From Chrysomallon squamiferum (lineage: Eukaryota > Animalia > Mollusca), in contig CM022666.1 of NCBI GenBank assembly GCA_012295275.1, forward strand, positions 12,152,001 through 12,216,000: a stretch of DNA of 64,000 nucleotides. The letters run 5' to 3'. The stretch's first letter is position 1; the number at the start of each line of letters is the position of its first letter. This document shows positions 38,108 to 52,149 of this stretch, in pieces. Made by a program: the position numbers and the translations under genes. A model generated the notes under the pieces. The model had not been told where the DNA came from. It searched no databases and was given only the letters and a program-made list of their open reading frames with translations.

Positions 38108-40582
38108 GTGAATTAAGTGAAATGTATATATACATATGTAAATATATTGTTTGTACTGATCATTTGACAAGAAAAATATATTACTTTGTGAGGACCGTGA
38201 ATTTAAATGCTTGATATTGCTGGTATAAACAAATCAGAACTTTATTACTTTATATTTTATAATGTAACCACTAAATAAGCAAAAGCTATATGCAGAAGGC
38301 ATTTTTTTAACTTGGGGAAAAAAAAGAAAGACAAATCTTACTTTGTAGAAAAAATACTGAACCAAGTTGGCAATGCGAACGTAGTAGTAATGTCCATGCA
38401 AAAGAAGTACTCTCAAGATGAAATGAAATCTGGCAAAAGCATAGTCACTGCATGTTGCTGCCTGTCTTCCTTCCTTTCCCATAATCCCTGACAATGATAA
38501 TTACTGGTAGCTTCATGTACTTTCTAAAGATTAGATGTTGGCAGAGTACAATAAATACTGAATCAGATTGAAAAGGGCTGAATTGGATTGAGACAGATCT
38601 TAAATGTCCATTATTGCACTTTTATACTGATTTATTTCAAACACATCCATTTAATTTCTCTTTGCCCAATTCCTTGCCTCACTCAAGGTATCACTACTGC
38701 TCTGTCAATGCAAAGAGTGCACTGTCTTTTTACTACTGAATTTATCAATGATAATGATGTATTGCTCATTCTGAATAAAGTGAACTTCTCAAAACTAAAT
38801 TTATAATGAAAATTTATAAAATGAAATATTTACTGAAGTTTATATTTTACAAATATTTATCATGTGATCATTTCCAACAGAATCATCAGGAAACATCAAG
38901 ATTAAACTCCATTTCTGATCATATTAGCTAGTAAATAGATGTGTGTTTGAAATAAAAAATTAAAAAATATATGGAAGAATCATCATTTTATTATCCAAAA
39001 AGGCCATTTTTGATCCAGTTTGGTATTTTTAGAACAATCCTACTTTCAAAAAGGGTAATTGATTTTCAGTTAACTGCTTCACTACTGAGTTAGGATTGTG
39101 TGTTAACTATACTTAAACAAATGTTCCATATTGTAATGGAACTTGTTGCTTATCCTTGGTACCAGACTTTTCACAATTTTATGGCTGAAAATTTAACTCT
39201 ATATAAGAATACCAAGGATTCTGCTTAATTCAAAGTCTTCATTCAATGATACAAATAATAGATACAAACTTACCAAGCCCAACATCAGCTTCCTGTATCA
39301 TACTAACATCATTAGCGCCATCACCAATAGCAGCTGTCACTGGTCGACCACTGGAATTTTTTATCATGTGAACAATCTACAATCATTAAAAACTATTATT
39401 ATATGTCAAAATATCTATTTCTGCCATTTTACACTAATATATCCAAATAAATAAATTAGAAAACAAAATTATTTTTTAGATAATATATAGTCAAGCTTCA
39501 GAAACTTGAACTATTTTGCTTTATTTGTCGAGTGTAATAATATGTAATTTTTTTATTATAAAAATGTAAAATAATATAAAGATGTATACCTACCTGTGCT
39601 TTTTGTACTGGAGACATTCGACAACACAAGACTGAATCACAGTGCAGACACAGTGACAAAAGCAGTGATCTGTGATCATGTATTGCAATTGCCAGGCTAT
39701 GTCCATCTATGATCAATGCAAACTTTTCTTTATTATCCTTCTTGCTTTCAACTCTAAAAGAGAAAAGAATTGTAAAAGTAATAAATGTATAAAACTATCT
39801 ACCTGAAACTTGAATACATATTTTCACCCCATTATTAACTACAATGCACTAACCTACAAATGATAGTATATTTAATATTTTCATTATTTTTCAAAAGATT
39901 TTAGACAGAAGCACTGCAGAAAAATTATAATAGTTGGACTTACAAAAGAAGAAAATACTTACAAATGATAGAACTGACTCAGCTTTTCTGCACACTCTGT
40001 ACTTGTTTGCATCTTTGTAACCCACAGTTCTTTCATACCTGCTTGAAAATGACCTGCTGAGTGACTGATGTTCACAGCAGTCTCAGCCTTGTCTCCTGTT
40101 AACATCCACACCTACAACAGAAACAAAACCACGTCTGTGAAAAACAATGACCAAAACAACCCACATTATTAATAATATACTACATCACAGATCAGCGACC
40201 AAATAATGTGTTGACGTAAAAACAAACAAAACAGACTGTATATCAACCAGAAAATATCTTTAAAAACGGGAAGATTAAAAGTTTATATCATCTTATAATC
40301 ATTTAGTCTGCTTTTCTAATCTTTGGTGAAAACTGTTTATAAAATATTCTATAGAAAGCCTTCAAAAAATGTTCTATTTTTATTCATAGGTTAGAGACAC
40401 CCTTATCAGAAATAAATAACACATGTCTCTTTTATGTACTTCATAAAAATAAATAAACAAATAAGCGATATATATATCTATATCTGTATCTATACATATA
40501 GATAGATATAAAATTACATATTATTGGTAACTATAATTTGTTTTGTTAATTTTTGTTTAATTATTTTTTTTTATTTTTTTTT

Positions 40583-40616
<34 letters not shown>

Positions 40617-43600
40617 CAACAGTAAATTATTGGCAATATTTTATATTTTTCATATAAGCCATACAAGACGTGTTTTTGGGGCAATAAGAACACAATAAAG
40701 AAGCGTTATTTGATTATTAGAAGATATGTACCTTGATCCCAGCCTCTCGCAGTTGAATAAAAGTTTTAGGTACATATTCCTGTAGTTTGTCTTCAACAGC
40801 TGTAGCACCCAGCAGGTGAAAATCATTTTCAATATGGTCAAATGCTTCTGCCAACTGAAGCAAAGTTTAGTTTATTAATTAAGAAAGGTTTTTTGCAGTT
40901 ATAACAGGATCTAATTAGTAAACTTTAATAATTATTTTAAAATTTTCTTTTGCTTTTGTCAAGAAGTTATTCAACAGTTCTCTTTCAGAAACTTAAATTG
41001 TAACAATTAGACTTCCACTGATCATACAATGCCACTTTGGCAGTCATGTTTCACTGAATTTTAATAGAATAATCTTCAGTATGTAGTATATTTTCACCTG
41101 TCTATATCTGGATTAAAAATACATGTTTTTTTTTAATTATTGTTCCAAATAATATTATAATTTAAAAATTATGGAATTCTGCCCAAAGAAATGAAAACTT
41201 ACAGTGCATTTTGCTTGGAAAGGAAGAGGTTAAAAGGAACTCAAAATAAAACTACTTCACTAACCCTTTCCTCTCTTTCTTGTAGAGACACTCTAGCATC
41301 ATTTAGCTTTTTGTCAAATACTTCAAATTCCTTATTTGGCAATTTTCTTTGAGCTACAACAAGTGTGCGAAGCCCAAGCTGAAAATTATAAAACAAATTA
41401 CTACATATATAAAACCAACAAACAAATAAAAAAGCTTCCAATAACTCTGAAAACAACATTTTGGATTAATATTATATCATTACCAAGCTGATATATCCAT
41501 ATTCTAAAAGGATATCAAGACGGCAAGCTAAATAACTCAGTGATGTGGAGGATTCAAATTAGATTTAGATTAAGAGTATCTTGATGTGGAGGTGAATTTA
41601 GGATCAATGGTTGTTCTAGTCCTGTTTCTGGTTGTTAGATTCCACGAAGGAAGCATGGCCTATTTAATGGATCAAGTTCAAGTAAATTTGATAGTCTGTT
41701 CCCTAATAAATGCATATAGAGCTACATCTATAGTAGAAACACTACTGTGGAATAAAGAGACTTCAGAAACACTCGAAATTTATTTCACCTAACAAATATT
41801 TGCTCTTCTATGACACTGTTTTTTACTTGGGAATTCAAATGAAGAACTTACTGCTGCTGGAAACAGTATGGAAAGACCTTTCCAATGAAACCAGAACCAG
41901 CCTCTTAATATTTATATTCAGGATTTTTAGACTAATTAACAGTTGCTAATTAAAGATGTATAATGAGATAGTTAAAATAATAATAATTTTCATAAATTTG
42001 TTTAGCTATAGCAGAATATAATAAGCTGTACTGCAGTTTAATAAATAAAATAAAACAACATTTAATTATCTGAAAAGAACCATAATACACGAACAAGCAG
42101 TTAACAAAAGATGTATGTTGCTTAAGTAAACACTGGTTTAATCCAATCAAATGCTGAGATTCTCGACACATGACTTCACATGCAAAGGTCAAGTCACATC
42201 AATATTCTGACTGCTATCAGGTGCACTTTTATTTGGGATGATTTGAAGCAGGTTCTAATCTATGGATTTCCTTCCTGGGCATCAGATTGAAATTTAATGT
42301 GTATATTTTCTTCATATTATGAAAACAATTACAGTGGGACCTCAGTTTACGAGTGCTCCAATTTACAAGTTTTCTGAGTTACCAGTAGTCTCCTAGTCAA
42401 TTTTTTTATTTGAGTTGTGAGCCAAATTCCAAGTTTTGAGCGAGCTTCAGATACATGAACAACACAACATCCATCCAGCATTCTGCATCTCACTCGTTTG
42501 CTTCATGTGGTTACCTTGCCGTGGAAGCATCCTTGCAGAAGGAGTCAATAAAGGCTTTAACTCCAGCCAAAGGAGTTAATATAATTTCTAAGCTGTGGAT
42601 CTCTGTCCATGAGAAGATGGAGAAACCCTAACCCTGTACACTTTACAAAACCAATTTATTTCTTTACATTCTCTTTTATTTATATTTTATACAATATTTG
42701 TCATTTATTCATACATTTTTCTTATTTAAAAACACATTTCAAAAATTGGGGTGGTTTTTGGGGGCTGGTATGGATAAATGGTATGTCAATTAATTTCAGT
42801 TAGAAAAATTGATTTGATATACAAGCAAATTAGTTACAAGCTCAGTCATGAAACAAATTAAACTCATAAGTCAAAGTTCCACTTTATTTTTATACATATT
42901 TTCAGATGTACTTATGAGATTGCTTAGCAGAGAAATTGAAACTTTGTTTGAATAAATTCAGTAAAATTGATCAGTTTCCAAAAAGGAACAGTGTCTGCAA
43001 ATTGCTTATATTATTCAAACAAAATTATAACGAATGTCTAAGCACAGTACTGCATGCAAGGCAAACCAGTGAAAATTTTGTGGAACAGTGTTTGAAATTC
43101 TTGGCTTTGATTTTGAGATATCAGTTTTGGATTGTGAAGACAGTGTTATTGTTGTACCTACTCATTACTAATTATGTTAAAGCAAATTTTATTCACCTGG
43201 GCATACTCATTAACATGTTTCAGAACACTGTCTTTGTCACCTGAGGAAACTCTGTCAATAATAGCTGACTCAGCACCTTTACACAGAAGATATAACTCAT
43301 CTGAAATCAAAGTGTGCAAGTTGTCAATCAAAGCAATCAACCATTTGTATTTAAATTTGACAAAGAAAAAAAAATAATATTAATATGTACACTCATATTC
43401 ATTTACAGAAAAATTGTCTTTAATAAAATAAACATTTGCAAAAACACAAAAAGATATTTAAGAGTTCAAAATTGTAAATGTTTTGCTTTAGAAAGATTTC
43501 TATGTAGAACCCCCCCCCAAAAACCTTTCTCATACATAAATTAGAAGATAAAATTAAATTTTTTAATAAGAAAAAGAAGTATTTAAAGAAAGAAGAAATA

Positions 43601-46600
43601 AGATAAAGTAAAAAGAGCATGTGCCCCCTAAACAATTTTTATAATAAACTAACTCTGTTCATTCTGGATTATTATGCTCATCCTTTTACGAACAGGATCA
43701 AAATCCAATACATTCATTATCCGATATCTTCTCAGTTTACCTTGAAATGTTACTTCCATATAATCTTCAACAATTCCATGGTATATGATACCATATCTAA
43801 TAATAATAATAAATAAATAAGTGAACAAATAAAGAATAGTAACAAGAATCAATGAATAAATTTAGTCTTCTGTATCTCAATAAAAAACATTTGAATAATT
43901 TAGTCTTTCTTTATGCTTGAACAGATAGATTAGGTAAATATAAATTTTAAAAACCTTTTTCTAAAATCAAAACAAATATAATAATCAACTCAATCTTGTT
44001 TTCTTTTTCTATCCTATCATTTTGTCTATATTTATCTCTACACTTTTCCTCTCTACCCCTAAAACACTCAAAATGATGATGAAATTATGTTAGCCAATAT
44101 TTTGCATAAGCTTAGAAAATTATTAATATATAATTACAGAATGAAAAAACAAACATTATTCATTAAAACCTGTTGACAATTTTCTTTTTTCATTCAAAAC
44201 AAACTGTTAACTTTCTCTTGCTGAAAAATAAAGAGGAAACAAATCTTGCCTTCTGCAGGCTTCAATCAAGGCTTTCTCATCAGGAGATGAAGCTTGGTAT
44301 TCATAATCTTTACCAGAAGGACTATAAACTCGTGGCTTAGGTGGAGGTGTTGAAGATCCCTTCTTCTTAGAAGATCTGCTGGCCATTGATGGTGTGGGAC
44401 TCTTTCCAGAAGTTGTATCAACTCTAACTGTATGACACAGTGTCAACACAGCAAAAAACTCCTCTATCTGTGACTGAAACACAAATAATTTGTATTTATC
44501 TATATTAATATTTGTTAGTATGTATGTATTTATGTATATATTCAAACATATGTACATACACAAAACACTATATATACAAAACATGCACATAAACAAATAT
44601 AAATATTTCCAATTGTTAACGGATAATACTGACTGAAAATTTCTCAATTGGCTTAGGATCATTGTCTGAATAAAGACAGAGCTCTTCATTAACCTCCATA
44701 TATTTGGTACCATTAATTGAACACTGACGAAATAGCATCATGTTCTCAGTAAGTGTGCCTGTCTTGTCAGTGAATAAGAATTCAACCTGCAATGTATTAT
44801 ATAAAATTAATATCTGTTATTATCATAAACATCCACACACAGCTAAACATTTGTTCCACCATCATAGTATAGTTTTATTTAAAAATTTAAAAATTTGCTT
44901 CATTAAATGGTTTCTTTAAAATCCTTTTTTCTTTCTTTTTTTTTTTTTTTTTTCGTTTTTTAATTTAAAATATTCCCCCTCAATTAAGCAAAAGAATTCT
45001 ACTGACAATTATTTATTTATTTCAAAATAAACATATTTATTTAAATCTGGTGACTGGAATATTGTCAAAAACCCTAACATAAACAGTAATTAACAATACT
45101 GCAAAATATAGAAATTTAATGTTTTGTTACCTGACCTAATTCCTCATTGAGATCAGAGGTGTTTGCTCTGGCACGTAATCTTGACTTTGCATCATACAGG
45201 TGGTTATCCCATGCAAAAAACATGGAGCCTACAAACTTCTGTATTTCTGACCAAAAAACCAAAACTTTCACTGATCTATTAGTATTTATAAAAGGCATAA
45301 TATTATTATAATTAAATTTCCATGTATTCATAAAAAAATTTGAAGAGAATATATATTGCTTTTTTTTTGTTTGTTTTATTTATGATAGAAAACATACACA
45401 CATATCCACATAAAACACAGTCAAATTCAAAAAGTATCAAATACAACTTACCCACAGTGACGTACAATGAAATAGGAATAACATAGTTGAAAAGCACAAC
45501 GAAAGCTAGAAACTGATTAACAATTTGGTGAAACTGAAAGCAAAATGCATACATATGAAGTTAAATTTGGCTGTTGTAATCTGAAACAGGTCACAAATAC
45601 TAACAAATCAGTGAAAGTCATTATTATTTCTAGTATCTATAATTAACTATTCAGGACAATGAAAAGAACAACAGAAGAGAAAAATAAAATCACCTTGAAA
45701 AGTAAATTTTCTGGTATTTGTCCTTTCAAAAGTAGAACAACATTCTATACATTTTATAAAAACGGTTAATGGTTTTCATTGATACAAATGCTATATACAT
45801 TAAGACATTTGTTAAAGTAATTAATGATATGACACTGGACAGTAACCTTGACAGTAGAAAATAGCAACAAGTGTTCATATGGGAATATTATTATTACATT
45901 AACTAATGCTTTGATGAGAACTGAGATCATATTTATTCTCTTTTACAATATCTGTCAGACACACACATATTAAACAGACACAGATCAAATGTCATAAAAT
46001 GAAAAATAATTTTTATTCTAAATGCAATTTTGTAACTGAAAGATAAAAGATCAGCACATGTGAATTATTCATAAACAGACTATTCATATTTTTAAATTCT
46101 GATTCTATACTCTAATACAGCATTCTGAAGAATTGCACATATTTCTGAAAGTTCTGAACAAGTGTCTCCTTTAGTTCTTTAGTGTTGTTATTGTATAAAC
46201 AAATAACATTTTATTTACATCAAAAAACAAACAAATATTACATTTACATTTTATAAATATATGCATGTATAATAAAAAAGGAAACAAACAAATAAATAAA
46301 TAATAATTCTAATATTAATAATAACAATGATGATGATGATATATTTATAATAAATATTCTTATACAGTTAATGACTAAATTTATGACATATTAATAAAAA
46401 CAGCATAATACTTCTTTGTCTGTGTCTGATTGTGGCATGTACCAAGGTGGTGAGCTATTACCCTTGAACCAGTATTTCAGTCCTGTAGCCATTGCAGCCT
46501 CACCAAACAACACAATCATAAACACCAGCAAGAAAGCATTCATTGCTCTGCATAATAAAAATAATAATAATTTTTTTTTTTTTTAAACATGTATATTTAT

Positions 46601-48232
46601 ATCTTCATAATGAAAATGTTTGTTAATAAAATTAATAGCAAAATACATTACCTTCAGTTTTTTCTTTATATTTCAGTCTTAAAACATTTGAAATTTTAAA
46701 ATGATTAAATATGTCAACTTTTTCAGAAATATTAGTAGTTATTATTTTATCAAAATGATTTGAATAAATACATTTTTATAAAGCCTACCTTTCAACTCTT
46801 GAAAATTTTGTTTGTTTGAATTTAGAATTTTTAGCAAGCTTAGTTTCTTGGCCTGTATAAACAGCACAACCTGTAACATATGACAATAGGGACCATAGAG
46901 TAATTAATAAAACAAACATGAAGATAAAAAGAATATGATTAACACTTCCAGTAATTATCTTAAAAGCCCACATAAATTATCAGAAAAAAAGTGAGAAATG
47001 TAATTATAAAAGTTTAAAATTTAAATTTATTACAAAAGTTCAAACCAATAATAGTTTCTCATGAATTGTGATTTGAGATCCAATACAGCTGGTATTTCAC
47101 AATTTATTTGAGTGTAAAGTTTAATGTACTGTATATTTATAATATAAGTGTGATTTCCTGGACTTATTCAGTGTAAAGTTTAAATGTATACAGTGGGTAG
47201 ATCTCAGACTCATTCAGTATAAAGTTTAAATATACCATATTGGCAGTTGGTATTTCTGAATCTGTTTCAGTGTAAAGTTTTAATATATACCATATACATA
47301 GTTGGTATTTCTAAGTCTAGCTCCACGTAACAGGACATTTTCTGGACCCAATGGTCGGATGAGAGAATTGCCTTCTTTGTTGACAGTGATGTTGCCAATA
47401 AATTTATAAAGGTCTGCAATTGGCTGTTGACACTCTATTGTTGCTTCCAGTCTTTTGAAGTCAATAGCATGTTGAAAACTGCGAGTTTCTGCCACACAAC
47501 AAAGAGTCTAAGAAGAAATTATTTAAAGAAAAGTTAATGTTCACAAAACTTATACTAAAATAATTATTTTTTATATATTCTTAGACATCAAAGTATTTTT
47601 GAACACACTTTAATAAATCAAAGCTGAAGGGGACAAAAAAAAATAATAATTTGGAAATATATTTTGTAATCAAAATCATTCTACATTTGGAATTATTAAT
47701 ACAACAGTTTTATTTTATTCATGTTAGCTGAGAATTATGTATTAAATAATTATCAACAGGCAGAACATTTTAGATAACTATTTGACAAAAATGTAATTTT
47801 GAGAAATCATTCTTTTGAATTTTTGATGTTTCAGCTGGCAAAATATATTATTTTACATCCCATTGCTGTCTCAGAAATCTTATGTTGTAACATCATCATA
47901 TATTTAAAACAAAAAAAAAGGTTAATGTAAAATTTTACTCTAATTTTAAATGATAACAAAAGAAATGAATTCTATGCCTTAAGATTAGTTTCTCCATCTA
48001 GATTGGCAGTTGTCACATAACATGTTCCATCTATCTCACTAGATGACAACATAACCAGGTCACATGGAAAACCTTCATTAATATGTACTCGGACAATGTC
48101 TCCTACCTACAATGAGATATTTATTTTAAAAATCAGCTTTAAATAAATTTGTGTAGAAAAAACATTATAACAAGTTTAAATGTTGTTATTTCTTTTGTTG
48201 CTGGATTTATTTTTGGTTTCTTTAGATGTCAA

Positions 48233-48270
<38 letters not shown>

Positions 48271-49519
48271 AATACTTTATTTAAATTTTTAGCAAACATT
48301 CTGAGTGGACACGTATGTGGTCACTGTATAGTTTTAAATGTAAACAATGTCTAATTGTAATCAAAGTCATTATGTAAACCTTGATTTCTTTGGAATGAAC
48401 TCTTTCATCTAAGCCATTTCGTACAACCACTGCATGTCGATGATTTACTTCGCTATCCATTTGGTGACGTAAGTAGTCTTCATAGCCCTGAAAACAATTA
48501 CATTATTCATCCATCCACCCATTGCTATATTGATCTCAGTTAGTGTGAAAAGCACTGTTAAAAACATATATGTTTTCAAATTGAAATGCATCTAATAAAA
48601 GCATGAAGCATATTAACAATTCAGGAAAAAACTGATAAAAAGGGGAAAAAGGCTTGCTTTATAGTTAGATTTTTCCATATTCAATTACAGATGGTATGTT
48701 TTCTTTTAAGTCATCAGAAAATGATAGGACAGTTTATATAGCAATTATACCAAATGAAAATAAAGAAATAAGTAATATAATATTTTAAAATCTACATGAA
48801 TAATCTAAAAACAATTACACTGTCTACTAATTAAACATTAATTCTACACAATCATTAGATTATGGATATAAAAACGTGTTAAATTAAAACTAGAATAATA
48901 TATCCTTTTGAAAATTCATTACTATATGCACATGTTATTATAACTTTCTCATGTTTCTTAATACATTTTGGTTCACAAATTTCTATGGAACAAATTTAAT
49001 AATATCTGACAACAGTCTAAGGCAAAATGTTCAAAATAAATTAAATAAAAATAAATGTTAAAAATGAGTTCTTATAAAGCAAAAAAAAAATTATTATTAC
49101 AAATTTATAGAATTAAATTTTAATACATTTTTCCACCCTATTTATTGTTCTAAATAAAAACACTATTCAAAATTATTTATTGATAGTTAAAGCAAATAAA
49201 AATCACAATTTGTTAAATAAAAAACAACAACAAAACAGCCACAATTTTGATTGTCAAATGATAATTAAAATTAATACTGTCATTTTAAAATTGTTGTAAC
49301 AAGTTGTACAAATGAGTCTCTTTGGAAGTACTCACTTTTCTTAAGAAAGGACTCACCTGTTTAACAGCTGTCACAAATATTACAAATACTAATGGCAGGA
49401 TGCTTGTTGCTGGAGTAACTGGAGTGTCTATCGTTAACTGAAACAAAGCAGCATTACTTAAACCATGTCTGTCTATCTGTGTGTCTGTCTATCTGTGTAT
49501 GTGTGTGTATATCTGTATC

Positions 49520-49579
<60 letters not shown>

Positions 49580-50463
49580 TATAGCTGATACACATAACTA
49601 GTGAACGGTATGAGATTTAGGTAAACACATTTAAAGAAATATCTGTCTAGGTTTCATACATGTTTCCTCAAAAAACACAAATAATAGAAAATACATTTTA
49701 CATTAATTTATTTTAAAATGGTTTTAGTTACTGTTCTCTTTGTCAGTATAATCACAGATATGGAGAACTAAGGACAAACATCCAGAATAGTGCAGAAAAC
49801 AATTCAAATAAACCATTCAATTAATTATATTGTGTTAAAAACCAGTTTTGATCTTGAAAAACAGAATTTCACTATCAATTTTAAATATATTGTGTTAACA
49901 GATTTTATGACTGACCACACTATTATCCATTTTATTAGTCAACTCTTCCCATCATTACCATCTCATTTATACATCAAATCAATTGTTTAAAACAATAACT
50001 AAATGATTATCTTAAAAGTATTTTTGTTTATGAATCAACTCTCACTGGTTTCATAAAGACTGAGTTTCTGCAAGTTCTAGATATTGTGATGTACCAGCTA
50101 AATTGGTTGATACAATTTTTACATTATTATCTGACCAGTTATAAATAAATAAAAGAAGGATTCTAAATTCCCCAAAAGAACAAGAAATTCAGTTAAATAA
50201 CCAACCTGAACTATTCCAATACATAGAAAATAAAAGTTGGCAATTCGACGGAACTGTTCAAATAAATTCTTTGGCAAAAAATTTAAGAAAGTATACTGAA
50301 AACAGAAAAAAACATTTATTAATTAAACAATATATTTTCATAATTTTATTTTCATGCTAATTTATTCATTATTTATTCCATAAGCAGATAAAGCACTGTT
50401 TAAAAACATTATTCTAAATTCATAGATATCAAAATTGCTAACTTTCAAAAGTAATGTGAGGTT

Positions 50464-50498
<35 letters not shown>

Positions 50499-51412
50499 GA
50501 ACAACTTGCCTCCCATTCTTAAAGGAAAAAATATTAATTCTCAGTTAATATTTTCAGTTTATAATTTTCAATTAATAAAGATATCATATGATAGAAACAA
50601 ATGAAATACATGATTACTAACAAGACATTTGTAAGCCAAAGTTTATAATAATACACATACAGCTTATATAAATTACATAAATGTTTTGTACTGATAACAT
50701 TAATTATTTATAAAACTGAAAGATACTATAACAACAATTAGGCATAATAACCTTTGATGTGATAACTTTGTTACTTAAGTACTCTTCTGGAGGGTACAAT
50801 TCTTCATTTAATGGTGGCCGATTGCCAACAGAGATTCTGCGATTTGGTGATGTTTGTTTCTTTAGAGATTCCTTTTATAAAATATAATGTATGTGCTTTA
50901 TAACACTGCAAATTTAATAACTGCACAAAAACATTAAACAAATATGTTCACTAGATATATAGTCCTATACACAGATGCACATGCATATATATATAATATA
51001 TACACACACACACACACAGACAAATATACAAAAAGGTACATTCAAACAAACATAAATTCACACCACACATGCACACACACGTGCAAATCTGCACACATAT
51101 ATACATAGCAGAATACCAAAATATAAAAAATACATAAAGATAAATGATTCTGAAATAGACTAAAAAATAAAATGAAGTAGGAGAAAACAAAATTCTGTTT
51201 GAAAGTTTTGTATTAATAAAAACATTCAGCAATTTTGTAAATTATTTTAAAAAAAATGCTTTTTAATGTGTATAAAAGAAATAACAATTCTCATGGACAT
51301 AATATAATGTTATAAATATTTGTGATAACAAGAATATGTGAACACCAACCTGTGATAAATAACCAGTTAACTGAGTAAGACATACTCCAACAAACTTTGG
51401 TATTAATGACAT
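31960..51412 (-). CDS. ATP11: P4-type ATPase phospholipid flippase, ATP11 subfamily; about 1131 or 1151 aa depending on the terminal exon
   Basis: Exons on -: 51412-51350 (start exon, least certain), 50871-50752, 50295-50206, 49437-49357, 48487-48380, 48106-47978, 47507-47291, 46870-46789, 46547-46412, 45533-45452, 45246-45131, 44786-44634, 44473-44250, 43796-43654, 43300-43197, 41378-41265, 40854-40732, 40111-39963, 39753-39594, 39376-39274, 38487-38342, 38031-37972, 37728-37601, 37304-37246, 36736-36657, 36074-36009, 35655-35549, 35205-35040, then either 33366-33280 or 32106-31960. All phases are consistent. Motifs: [37 protein letters not shown] (the P4-specific PISL), [11 protein letters not shown] (phosphorylation site), [71 protein letters not shown] and [10 protein letters not shown] point to ATP11. 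Confidence 0.93.
34217..34510. mobile_element. Possible decayed hAT-type MITE
   Basis: The ends GCAGTTCCCAACCTTTTT and GTTAAGAACCATAGC resemble hAT/Charlie termini (CAGTGGTTCCCAACCT...GTTGAGAACCACTG). No clear 8-bp TSD. Confidence 0.3.
36347..36372 (+). mobile_element. Solo terminal fragment of the same CAGGTTGAG MITE family
   Basis: CAGGTTGAGTATTCTTTATGCTAAAA resembles the TIR of the element at 27433. No matching second end was found. Confidence 0.35.
42332..42884 (+). mobile_element. Non-autonomous Tigger/pogo element in an ATP11 intron; same family as 53367-54147, opposite orientation
   Basis: TA|CAGTGGGACCTCAGTTTACGAGT ... ACTCATAAGTCAAAGTTCCACTT|TA. Both terminal 150-200 bp segments align by eye with the reverse complement of the 53367-54147 element. 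Confidence 0.8.
47081..47320. repeat. Degenerate 46-59-bp tandem repeat overlapping an ATP11 exon end
   Basis: AGTGTAAAGTTT or a variant near 47111, 47170, 47216 and 47269; GTTGGTATTTCT at 47246 (intron) and 47301 (exon). Confidence 0.6.
49526..49575. repeat. (TG)n microsatellite
   Basis: Seen directly. Similar (CA/TG)n and (TA)n tracts occur near 860, 950, 8800, 10920-11300, 16224, 18248, 35300 and 54300. Confidence 0.9.
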
Positions 51413-52149
51413 TATTAAAAACAGATTACAGTAATATGTAAAATAAATATATATTTTCTAAATAGTAACCAAAAAATGGAAAGATGCAAAAAAAAAATAT
51501 ATATAAACTTTAAATTTAGTGATGTTAAAAATAAAAATAAAGTTCGTTTCCTGGTTCATAAAGTTTCTGTGACCTAAAATGTTTGAAAACTTATTTGAAA
51601 GTATCTGTGTATATAAATACAACCCAGCAGGATATCCATACACAAAAAGAAAAACATTTGATATTTTGTTTAATGTAATAATAATTTACATGTCATGAGC
51701 AGTTATTTATTTATCTGTTTAAGTGTTTACTTTAGGTGTAAATATCTTTTGTTTGAATATTTTGAATAATTTAATAGTTCTTGACTTGAATATTTTCACA
51801 ATGTTAGCAAAACAGCGTTTTTAACTCTGTATGTGTTTAATGGATTTGGATATAGATTGCTATTCATATTTATTTGTAAGATTTCTTGTTAGAAAAATTA
51901 AAGCTTACTAAAATTCTTAAATATCGGCTGAATACTGACATCATTCCATTTCAGTACATTCCTGTTCATCGTCATATGTATGTCTGAAAAATAAATACTA
52001 CTATTACTTAAACTTACTTGATATTGGTTACATATGCTACTATTTGTAAATATACATTTAAATTTCAAAATATTTTAAAATAGGTATTAAAAATAAGTAT
52101 CTAAGCCACTTATTTATATAAAATAAAATAAAAAAATAAAATAAAATAA

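Noticed and set aside
41500-41910. GC-richer island with ORF 41586-41792 in an ATP11 intron
   Set aside because: No recognisable domain, termini or splice pattern. It may be an old transposon fragment, but that cannot be supported.
51350-51383. Alternative ATP11 start [11 protein letters not shown]
   Set aside because: It ends in phase 1 while the next exon needs phase 0; the ATG at 51412 fits.
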